Source: Bacteroidota bacterium (GTDB taxonomy: Bacteria; Bacteroidota; Bacteroidia; Chitinophagales; LD1). From it: DNA of 27,050 nt. This document shows positions 15,880 to 23,507 of the stretch, one piece after another. The stretch covers positions 1-27,050 of the forward strand of contig JAFDYM010000431.1 of NCBI GenBank assembly GCA_018267435.1, read 5' to 3'. The notes under the pieces are model-generated. The model did not search any database, was not told the origin of the DNA, and saw only the letters and a list, made by a program, of their open reading frames with translations. Made by a program: the position numbers and the translations under genes. Numbering within the stretch: position 1 is the first letter of the stretch; every line of letters begins with the position of its first letter.

Positions 15880-17169
15880 ATGCCGTTGAATGACATTAAA
15901 ATTACCAAGATAGAGAAAGGACTTGGCCGCCCGGCACCAGTTGAGGATAGCACCAGTGCCTTGCTAATGGGCGCTATAGCTTTAGCTGCCGATACTACCG
16001 ACCCGGCCAATCCTTTGCCTGAGCTGAAGCTGGACAACCTTTATCTTTTCTACAGTGTAGAAGATGCCGAGAAGGCGCGCATAACCAAAAGTTATGACGA
16101 GGACAATAACGTACTAGTACACCATCACATTAGCGAGTACTTCCGCTTGGCACCGGGCCAGCCCTTGTATGTTTACTTAGTTGCCCAAGGCACTACCTTC
16201 GAGCAGATGTGCGATGCAGCTACCGCCAACAGCTTGCGCACTTTGCTTAACGTAGCCGATGGCAAAATAAGGCAAGTGGGCATGGTGCTTAACCCTGCAG
16301 GCGGCACAGGCGGTACTGCTACAGCCGGTATAGAAGACGACGTAGCTACAGCTATACCTATGGCACAAACCGTAGCCGACGAAGTATATGCACTGCACTA
16401 CCCTGTAGATATAATAATAGAAGGCCGTGGCTTTGATGCTACAACGATAGGCACTGTGCTTGACCTTACTAGCTTGGAAAGCGAAAACGTAAGCGTAGTA
16501 ATAGCGCAGGACCTTGATATGCTAAGCATAACACCTAGTAATGGCGGCACCACACCTATTACCAATACGGGCTATGCAGCAGTAGGTACTTACTTGGGTA
16601 TGACTGCCAGCAAGGGCGTGGCCGATAGCCCTGCCGAGGTAGGCCTTAACTACCAAGGCAATGTACAGAGCCTTGGGCTGCAGAAGTATATCAACTACGG
16701 CTATGGCGGCAAGGCATTGAACCTATATAGCACTACCGACCAAGATGTGATATACGACAAACGCTATGTAGCGCTGCGCACCTTTCAAGGTACCAAGGGC
16801 GTGTACTTTACACAAAGCTTTACCTGCGCCGATGCCGAGAACGATTTTATTTTTCTTGAACTAAGCCGCACGCACAACAAGGCACACCGCAGTATATACA
16901 AAGCATACGTGCCTTACATCAATACCAAGTTTAGGCTTACCGAACAAGGCTTGATACCCGGCGAGGTAGTAAAGTACCTAGAGAACATAGGTAACAATGT
17001 GTTTGTGCAGATGCAGAATAACGGCGAAGTAAGCGCAGGCAAAACCTACATAGACCCTAACCAAAGCGTGGTGCTAAGCCGCAAGCTAAACGTAAAGTGG
17101 AAGATGGTGCCCATGGGCAAACTAGAAGCCGTAGATGGCGAACTTAGCTTTACCCTAAACTTGGAATAA
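15880..17169 (+). CDS. Contractile tail sheath protein (DUF2586-like)
   Basis: 'MPLNDIKITKIEKGLGR', 'HHHISEYFRLAPG..LYV', 'RYVALRTFQG..GVYF', 'LELSRTHNKAHR', 'IDPNQSVV..RKLNVK..VPMG'. Confidence 0.85.
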   Translation: MPLNDIKITKIEKGLGRPAPVEDSTSALLMGAIALAADTTDPANPLPELKLDNLYLFYSVEDAEKARITKSYDEDNNVLVHHHISEYFRLAPGQPLYVYLVAQGTTFEQMCDAATANSLRTLLNVADGKIRQVGMVLNPAGGTGGTATAGIEDDVATAIPMAQTVADEVYALHYPVDIIIEGRGFDATTIGTVLDLTSLESENVSVVIAQDLDMLSITPSNGGTTPITNTGYAAVGTYLGMTASKGVADSPAEVGLNYQGNVQSLGLQKYINYGYGGKALNLYSTTDQDVIYDKRYVALRTFQGTKGVYFTQSFTCADAENDFIFLELSRTHNKAHRSIYKAYVPYINTKFRLTEQGLIPGEVVKYLENIGNNVFVQMQNNGEVSAGKTYIDPNQSVVLSRKLNVKWKMVPMGKLEAVDGELSFTLNLE

Positions 17170-17205
17170 CATCTTTAGGTATTCTCCTCCCTCTTACTCC
17201 CCTCT

Positions 17206-17259
17206 CTTTTATAGCCCTCCCCTTGGGGGAGGGTTGGGAGGGGACTCTTCTAAAAACAA
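17206..17259 (+). repeat. 54-bp direct repeat copy A (REP-like) upstream of the tube gene
   Basis: cttttatagccctccccttgggggagggttgggaggggactcttctaaaaacaa; nearly identical to 17931-17983. Confidence 0.85.
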
Positions 17260-17299
17260 ACAACGGGCAACCGACAACTAATAAAACAACCAATAACGA

Positions 17300-17728
17300 A
17301 TGGCAACATTGATAGAAGCATTCGGCGTGGCATATAGCGCCGGCGATGTAAAAGTGCGCATGCTTGACCGTACGCTAGATGGCGTAAGCAAAATAAAATA
17401 CGGCAGTAAGCAGAAGAAGGAAAACCTATACGGCATGGGCCGCGAACCCGTACAGCGCGGGCACGGCAACAAAGAATACGAGGGTAGCATAACCCTTAAG
17501 GCATTTGAAATGGATGCTATACAAAAGGCTGCTAAAGATGGCGACATCACATCTATAAAACCGTTCGACGTAGTAGTAAGCTATATGGATGCCGATGAGA
17601 AACTGATAAAGACCGACGTAATAAAGTACGTAGAGTTTACCGGCGATGTGCGCGAAATAAAAAGCGGCGACATGGAAATAGAATGCGAGTGCGAACTAGT
17701 GATAGGCAAAATAGTGCGCAACACCTAA
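17300..17728 (+). CDS. Tail tube protein
   Basis: 142 aa after the sheath; 'GVSKIKY..KQKKENLYGMGREPVQRGHGNKEYEGSITL', 'PFDVVVSY', 'VEFT'. Confidence 0.88.
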   Translation: MATLIEAFGVAYSAGDVKVRMLDRTLDGVSKIKYGSKQKKENLYGMGREPVQRGHGNKEYEGSITLKAFEMDAIQKAAKDGDITSIKPFDVVVSYMDADEKLIKTDVIKYVEFTGDVREIKSGDMEIECECELVIGKIVRNT

Positions 17729-17817
17729 GCATTCAGTAGGCAGTATGCATATGAAATAAGTACGCAAACAGTGTAGCGCCTAGCTGCTGTAACCATTAAT
17801 CGCTATCCCTTTTTACA

Positions 17818-17913
17818 CCCCACTCTTTTTAAAGAGAGGTAGCATATCCCGTAGTATTACGGGAGGCCGGGGTGAGTTTTTGAAACAAGCCTTCCGTTGG
17901 AAGCGGGGGTGAG
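17818..17913. repeat. REP-like hairpin cluster between the tube and chaperone genes
   Basis: tcccgta-gtat-tacggga (17847-17864) within ccccactct...agagagg...ggggtgag; second unit cttccgttggaagcgggggtgag. Confidence 0.55.
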
Positions 17914-17930
17914 ATTTTTTCTAACACACC

Positions 17931-17983
17931 CTTTTATAGCCCTCCCCTTTGGGAGGGTTGGGAGGGGACTTTTCTAACAACAA
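17931..17983 (+). repeat. 53-bp direct repeat copy B (REP-like) upstream of the tail chaperone gene
   Basis: cttttatagccctcccctttgggagggttgggaggggacttttctaacaacaa. Confidence 0.85.
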
Positions 17984-18017
17984 CCAACTGGCAACAGTCA
18001 ACTATTCAACACAAACA

Positions 18018-18365
18018 ATGAAAAGACTATTAAGTAACGAACCTATACCACAGGCACAAATAGATGCCTGGAAACAACTGCACAAAGATGTATTTGCCAT
18101 TACCGTACCCGCTACCGATGAAGACGAGGGCAAAGAAGATGGCGAAGTGCTAACGGGCTATTTCCGCAAGCCGAAGCTAGATGAACTAGGCATGGCAGCG
18201 CAAGCCAGCCGCGATAATGCACTAAAGGCGAGCCAGGTAATATATAATACTTGTCTGCTAGGTGGTCACCCTGCATTTAGCGAAGATGAAGATGTGGTGC
18301 GCGCAGCCTTGGCCAAGTTTGGCAACGTAATAAAAACCCGCGAAGCGCAAATAAAAAAGCTTTAA
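18018..18365 (+). CDS. Tail assembly chaperone (gpG-like, short form)
   Basis: 'QIDAWKQLHKDVFAI', 'GYFRKP', 'IYNTCLLGG'; between tube and tape measure. Likely start ATG 18018; the track start 17949 lies inside a repeat. Confidence 0.8.
   Translation: MKRLLSNEPIPQAQIDAWKQLHKDVFAITVPATDEDEGKEDGEVLTGYFRKPKLDELGMAAQASRDNALKASQVIYNTCLLGGHPAFSEDEDVVRAALAKFGNVIKTREAQIKKL
18353..18359 (+). promoter_or_regulatory. Programmed -1 ribosomal frameshift slippery site A AAA AAG
   Basis: Heptamer two codons before the chaperone stop; the -1 frame is open from 18356 through 18377-18562. Confidence 0.75.
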
Positions 18366-18376
18366 GCGGCCGCTTA

Positions 18377-18562
18377 ATGACCGACGATACCGACTTGGAT
18401 ATAACCAAGGGCAATGCTTTAATAAGGCATTGCTTCGGTATGCGTGCGGACGATATGGATGACGATGAGTGGTCGCAATACGTAGCTGAGGCCATGTGGC
18501 TAATGGGCTTTAATGCCAAGCTTATAGCGGTAGAGGTAAGCAGGATTTTTTCGACAAGGTAA
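18377..18562 (+). CDS. C-terminal (gpT-like) extension of the tail chaperone, reached by -1 frameshift
   Basis: 'ALIRHCFG..ADDMDDDEWSQYVAEAMWL' resembles the usual 'Lsd.eW' chaperone extension; in the -1 frame relative to 18018-18365. Confidence 0.7.
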   Translation: MTDDTDLDITKGNALIRHCFGMRADDMDDDEWSQYVAEAMWLMGFNAKLIAVEVSRIFSTR

Positions 18563-18580
18563 ACATAGAGGTAAATAGCA

Positions 18581-20098
18581 ATGGACAATATAATTTCAGT
18601 AGTACAATCGGTAGAAGCATCTATAGTTCAAATAGAGAACATAACTGTAGAGCTGAAGCTGATGAGCCAGGCCATGCCCAACGTTACCAAGCAGGTAGAA
18701 GAGTTTGCCAAAAGCATGACGAAGCTGAAGAAAAGCTCTACCGATACTTTCATTACCATGGAAGATAAGTTTGGCAACCTAATAACCATGAGCCAAAGAA
18801 CAGAGTCTTCGGATTTTGAAGAAACAAACTCAAGCTCAAGCAAAACCAAAGAGGAAACTAAATGGGAGGTTCCTGTTGTTGTTCCTCCACCTCCGCCACC
18901 ACCACCTCCACCACCTTCACCTCCGCCGCCACTGCCTGGCATGAGTATAGGAGAGGCCATAACCGATATGCCCAAGGCACTTGAGAACTTACGAACGCAG
19001 TATGACAACATAGTAAAAAGTGCCAATGCGTTTAGCGGCTTAGTAGCCGATGTTACCGATGAAGTATTGATACAATCGGGCGCAGCACAGTTTTTAACCG
19101 AGGAGGTACCAGCCATAGGCGATGCGTATAACGCATTGAAAGGCCCTATGCAAGATGTAATGTTTACCGTAGGCGAGGTAGGCGGTGCTGTTGGCGAGTT
19201 TGCCGAAAACTTTCAGAGCGGAGTGGACTTTGCAGCTGAACTAGCAGGTGGTATTAGCAATGCTTACAATGCTGTGGAAGGTGGCTTACAATCCTTCAGT
19301 AACTATATGACTACGGTAAAGGAAATAGACACTATGGTGCGTACCTTAACCGATGCACAAAAGTGGGCTGCCTTTTTTACCGAAGTATATACCGTGGCGC
19401 AAAGCGCGCTGAACGTGGTAATGAACCTATCGCCATGGACATTGGTAATAGGCTTTATACTAGGCTTGGTAGCAGCACTTAAAATGGTGTGGGATAGAAG
19501 CGAAAGGTTTAGGCAAATACTATTCGGCCTGTGGGAGGTAGCCAAGCTGGTGTTTAAAGGTATGTTCGACATAGGCAAAACAGTATTCGATGGCTACGTA
19601 GCTATGTGGACGGGTATAGGCAAGTTGATACTTGGTGTGTTCGCGGCTATAAGCGATGGTGGCAAAATGTTCCGCGAAGGTTTAGCCGACATTAAAAATT
19701 CGGGCCAGCTATTTACTAGCATCCCTGGCAAGTTTGTGGCCATTGGCCAACAAGTAGGCGAGGCTATGGAGAAGGGTAAATTGAAGGGTAGCGAATCGTA
19801 CAAAAAATCGCAGGAAGAAAAAGCGCTGCTAAATGTACCAGCGGCACCTAAGCCCGAAGCCCTTAAAACAGGTGGCGAGGGCGGCTTGGTAAATACGAAA
19901 ACCATAACAGGTAATAGGCCTGGGGAGCATGTAGGTAGTGGCACCAATAACAGCCGCAATATAACCGTGCGCATAGAAAGCCTAGTAAAAGAGATAAACA
20001 TTTTTAGTAACGTAAAAGAAGGCGCGCAAGACGTACGCAGGCTTGTACAGGAAGAGCTAATAGCTGCCGTGCGCGACTTTGAGGGGGCAATAACATAA
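18581..20098 (+). CDS. Tape measure protein (short) with a polyproline tract
   Basis: Position after the chaperones; helical Ala/Gly-rich body, hydrophobic 'ALNVVMNLSPWTLVIGFILGLVAAL...W..SERFR' and C-terminal 'ITVRIESLV...VRRLVQEELIAAVRD'. Confidence 0.8.
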   Translation: MDNIISVVQSVEASIVQIENITVELKLMSQAMPNVTKQVEEFAKSMTKLKKSSTDTFITMEDKFGNLITMSQRTESSDFEETNSSSSKTKEETKWEVPVVVPPPPPPPPPPPSPPPPLPGMSIGEAITDMPKALENLRTQYDNIVKSANAFSGLVADVTDEVLIQSGAAQFLTEEVPAIGDAYNALKGPMQDVMFTVGEVGGAVGEFAENFQSGVDFAAELAGGISNAYNAVEGGLQSFSNYMTTVKEIDTMVRTLTDAQKWAAFFTEVYTVAQSALNVVMNLSPWTLVIGFILGLVAALKMVWDRSERFRQILFGLWEVAKLVFKGMFDIGKTVFDGYVAMWTGIGKLILGVFAAISDGGKMFREGLADIKNSGQLFTSIPGKFVAIGQQVGEAMEKGKLKGSESYKKSQEEKALLNVPAAPKPEALKTGGEGGLVNTKTITGNRPGEHVGSGTNNSRNITVRIESLVKEINIFSNVKEGAQDVRRLVQEELIAAVRDFEGAIT

Positions 20099-20751
20099 TG
20101 GCACAGAATATAACTTTTACAGTTCCTGAAAGTGCTGTAGGCACTCAGAAGGTAGAGTTTGATACTACGCAGGCCGAGCTGATAAAACAGGCATTTGAGT
20201 ATAGCAATGTTGAAACAAAAAACTATGGGCAATCTGCCAAGTACAACCTTTCTAAGATAATGGATGAAGGAAAATCTGCCATGTTCGACTATTCCGTTTT
20301 TATGCCGTTAGTGTTTGAAACAACTACATATAATGTGCTGATAGATGGGCAAGTAAAGCCCGAAGGTGCTAGCACTGAAAAAATGGCTTTTCCTGTAGTG
20401 CTTATAGAGGCAGCGCGTAGTAAGGTAATAGAGGTAACTAGTATTGAAGGTAAAAATGGATCGGTAAAAGAGTTTTCAAATCTTGGCCATTACGATGTAA
20501 GTGTGAAAGGCATATTGGTAGGCGATGATGGCAATTATCCTAGCCAGCAAGTACGCAAGCTAGCCCGGCTAGATAGCCGCCCCGTGGCCATAAACGTAAC
20601 AAACGATTTGCTTGACTTCATAGGGGTAAAGAAGCTGATAATTAAACGCATTAACTGGCGAAGTATGCAAGGCTACGAAAACCTACAGGCTTTCGAGCTG
20701 GAATGTATTAGCGACGAAGATGTGGAATTGGTAATTGAAAACGGATTATAG
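20098..20751 (+). CDS. Tail tube initiator / baseplate protein (DUF6046-like)
   Basis: 'SKVIEVTSIEGKNGSVKEF...YDVSVKG', 'YPSQQV', 'VTNDLL..IGVKKLII', 'QAFELECISD'. Confidence 0.7.
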   Translation: MAQNITFTVPESAVGTQKVEFDTTQAELIKQAFEYSNVETKNYGQSAKYNLSKIMDEGKSAMFDYSVFMPLVFETTTYNVLIDGQVKPEGASTEKMAFPVVLIEAARSKVIEVTSIEGKNGSVKEFSNLGHYDVSVKGILVGDDGNYPSQQVRKLARLDSRPVAINVTNDLLDFIGVKKLIIKRINWRSMQGYENLQAFELECISDEDVELVIENGL

Positions 20752-20754
20752 AAT

Positions 20755-21732
20755 ATGCTACAACTAAGTTGTGAGATAGAAATAGAAGGTGAAAAGTTCG
20801 ACTATGTAGGCGAGGTGCAAATACTTAGTAGCTGGAAAACATTAACCGATACAGCTACTATAAAAGTGCCGCGCAACCTTATAAGCCGAAACAAAATGAA
20901 GCTGAACGATAAAGTGGCAGTAGGGCACAAGGTATCTATAAAGCTAGGGTATAACCTTGAGCCTAGCTTAAGGTTTAAGGGCTATGTAGATGCTATAGGA
21001 GCCGCTACTAACGAAATGGAAATAAAATGCCAAGATGATATGTGGCTGCTGAAGAAGGGCAGCTATACCTGTAGCTGGAAAAATGCAAGCATTGATGATG
21101 TGGTGGGCTTTATAAAAGATAGCTATCAACTAAAGTTTGAGCACGAAACACTTGGCGACTTTGTAAGCCTAGGCCAGTGGAAAGTAGAAGGCCTAAGCGG
21201 AGCTAAAATATTGCAGAAGCTAAAGGACGACTTTGGTATAGGTAGTTTTTTTAGAAACGGCATACTGGTGCTAGGCAAACCCTACGAAACCAAAGTAGAT
21301 GCTAAAAAGGAAATAAGCTTTGCCTATGGCCAAAATGTAATAACGTGGAAGGACCTAACATATAGAGATAAAAAGGACATAAAGCTAAAAACCCGCCTTA
21401 TAAACATGAAGCCCAATGGCACTAAAGAGGAAAGCATAAAGGGCGATGACGATGGCGAAGAGCGCACCCTGCATTTCTACAACTTATCTAAAACAGATTT
21501 AGACAAGCAAGCCGAGGCACTTATAGAACGCATGAAATACAGCGGCTACCGCGGCAAGCTTACCGCCTTTGGTATACCAGCAGTAGCACACGGCAATGTA
21601 GCTGTTATTAAAGATTACCGCATGCCTGACCGCGAGGGCAAGTATTTTATTGATAGCGTAGAAACAACTTTTAGCAGCGGCGGTATGCGCCAGGTATTTG
21701 AACTGGGGCCTGTTGCTGATTACAACACATAG
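20755..21732 (+). CDS. Baseplate hub (late control D / Mu gp44-like)
   Basis: 'SSWKTLTDTATIKVP', 'IKLGY..L..RFKGYV', 'IKCQDDMWLLK', 'YRGKLTAFGIP', 'GKYFIDSVETTF..GGMRQ..ELG'. Confidence 0.8.
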   Translation: MLQLSCEIEIEGEKFDYVGEVQILSSWKTLTDTATIKVPRNLISRNKMKLNDKVAVGHKVSIKLGYNLEPSLRFKGYVDAIGAATNEMEIKCQDDMWLLKKGSYTCSWKNASIDDVVGFIKDSYQLKFEHETLGDFVSLGQWKVEGLSGAKILQKLKDDFGIGSFFRNGILVLGKPYETKVDAKKEISFAYGQNVITWKDLTYRDKKDIKLKTRLINMKPNGTKEESIKGDDDGEERTLHFYNLSKTDLDKQAEALIERMKYSGYRGKLTAFGIPAVAHGNVAVIKDYRMPDREGKYFIDSVETTFSSGGMRQVFELGPVADYNT

Positions 21733-21748
21733 TAAAACCTATAACACA

Positions 21749-22318
21749 ATGACAATACGCGAAGCCATAAGGCAAATGGTAATAGATGTAGCCAGCAAAA
21801 AAATGATACGCATAGGCAAGGCTACCAACATAGATGCCGATAAGTGTATATGCGATGTTGACCTTGGCAATGGCGCTAGCCTGCACGCCGTAAAGCTGAA
21901 AGCAATAGAGGAGGGCGAGGATAAAGGCTTGGTAATAATGCCTAAGCAAGATACGATGGTGTGTGCTGCTATGCTGGAAGGTATAGAAGCTAACTGGAGC
22001 CTGATACAATACAGCGAAATAGAAAGCTGGCAAATAACCACTAGTGGCGGCGCACAAGTAACTGTAGCCGACGACGGCAAAGTATACCTAAACGGCAAAG
22101 ACCATGGCGGCTTGGTAAAGATAGAAGCGCTGGTGGATAGGTTGAAGGAGATAGAGGATACACATGATAAGTTAGTTGACATATTCGATACGCATGTACA
22201 TACAGTATCTAGCGGTACTGCAATAAAATTATCGGCACCCAGTATGACAAAAATGCCAAGTAAGACGAACAAGGATGACCTAGAAAACAAGAACGTGCAG
22301 CATGGCGATGGCGCATAA
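21749..22318 (+). CDS. Baseplate central spike (gpV / Mu gp45-like)
   Basis: OB-fold-like N-terminus ('CICDVD...VKL...LVIMPKQDTMV') and C-terminal metal-binding 'FDTHVH'. Likely start ATG 21749. Confidence 0.75.
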   Translation: MTIREAIRQMVIDVASKKMIRIGKATNIDADKCICDVDLGNGASLHAVKLKAIEEGEDKGLVIMPKQDTMVCAAMLEGIEANWSLIQYSEIESWQITTSGGAQVTVADDGKVYLNGKDHGGLVKIEALVDRLKEIEDTHDKLVDIFDTHVHTVSSGTAIKLSAPSMTKMPSKTNKDDLENKNVQHGDGA

Positions 22319-22332
22319 CAAACAGAAAAAAC

Positions 22333-22641
22333 ATGATAGCAGCGAAAGACATAATGCTTGACGACGACAACGAGTTGATAATAAACAACGGCGACTTTGA
22401 AGTAAAGCATAGCGATGGCCAACACGTAAAGTTGATACTGCTAAGCGAAAAAGGAGCTTGGCGGCAGCAGCCATTCGTAGGCGTGGGTATTCGCAAATTG
22501 ATGAATACTAAACTAGGTAGCCTTGATAGGGGCTTGCTGCAAAAGCGCATAGCCAGCCAGTTGGAGTACGATAGCTATGCAGTAAAAAACATAGCCCTAT
22601 TAACCGAAGGTAAACTAAGCATAGATTATGAACGGATATAA
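22333..22641 (+). CDS. Baseplate wedge / sheath initiator (gpW / gp25 / Mu gp46-like)
   Basis: 'KDIMLDDDNELIINNGDF...SDGQHVKLIL..EKGAWRQQPFVGVGI...QLEYD'. Confidence 0.75.
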   Translation: MIAAKDIMLDDDNELIINNGDFEVKHSDGQHVKLILLSEKGAWRQQPFVGVGIRKLMNTKLGSLDRGLLQKRIASQLEYDSYAVKNIALLTEGKLSIDYERI

Positions 22642-23038
22642 ACAAGTAACAGTAAGCGATAGGCAAAGCTTAACAGATATAGCCATGCAGGAGTACGGCT
22701 GCTACCAAGGCATTTTTATACTGCTAGCTGATAATAGCGATAGGCTATTTGCTATTGACGAAGTGCCACTGCCTGGCATGAAGCTGAATATAAGAACTAT
22801 AGTACCTAGTATAAATGCTGCCAATACTACTGTAGTAGCCGAATACGGAAAGCAAGTCCATAGGGTGCTTAGCCAAGCGGTAGGCGAGGCATTTATAGTA
22901 CAAGTAATATCGGACTATGTAACTACCGACTATATGGATATAACCTATAGCCAGCCACCGGCGCATATAACGGGCCTTAAAATAATGGCCGCCATACCTG
23001 CTAATATTTCTATAAACAATACCAACAATACCGGATAG
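22628..23038 (+). CDS. LysM-like tail protein (P2 gpX-like) with C-terminal extension
   Basis: 'VTVSDRQSLTDIAMQEYG....IFILLADN....D..L.PG..L' degenerate LysM pattern. Confidence 0.65.
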   Translation: MNGYKQVTVSDRQSLTDIAMQEYGCYQGIFILLADNSDRLFAIDEVPLPGMKLNIRTIVPSINAANTTVVAEYGKQVHRVLSQAVGEAFIVQVISDYVTTDYMDITYSQPPAHITGLKIMAAIPANISINNTNNTG

Positions 23039-23042
23039 GCCA

Positions 23043-23507
23043 ATGCTTAACACTATAAAAAGAAACATAAAAGGCAGAAGCCTTACACATCAGGAGTTTG
23101 ATAATAATTGGACCGCTATAGAAAGCATAGTGAACAATAACATGCCGCAACAGCGCTACGAAATAGCCATACAAGGATACAATAATGCCGTTGGGCTAGA
23201 TTATGTTGAGGCTTTTATAAGTATAAAAACCTTGGTAGAGCTAAAAGAAATGCCCAAGCTAAAATGCTGGGCTGTAAACCAAGGTGTAATTATAGCTATA
23301 TGCCAAGGCAAAGATTTTTTTGAGGGTTTAAGTTTTCCAATACCTAGCAATACCATACTTAGTCAAACTTATAGCCTAAGGGTAAATATGACCCCTAACC
23401 TTGAGCGCGATTGGGATGCAGTTGCATATCTGCAAGATAGCAACGCACACTTTTCAAACAGTTTAAATATTCCCCCACTAATTTTTTTACAGCAAGCCGA
23501 TGATTGA
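23043..23507 (+). CDS. Putative virion appendage/anchor protein, paralog of the N-terminus of the next gene
   Basis: N-terminal 'IKRNIKGRSLTHQEFDNNW..IE' motif shared with 23500-25137. Confidence 0.55.
   Translation: MLNTIKRNIKGRSLTHQEFDNNWTAIESIVNNNMPQQRYEIAIQGYNNAVGLDYVEAFISIKTLVELKEMPKLKCWAVNQGVIIAICQGKDFFEGLSFPIPSNTILSQTYSLRVNMTPNLERDWDAVAYLQDSNAHFSNSLNIPPLIFLQQADD

Noticed and set aside
17949-18017. N-terminal extension of the chaperone ORF (MGGLGG...)
   Set aside because: The TTG start lies inside repeat copy B; ATG 18018 after an A-rich leader is more plausible.
18628-19116. Antisense ORF with a poly-Gly tract
   Set aside because: Shadow of the polyproline codons in the tape measure gene.
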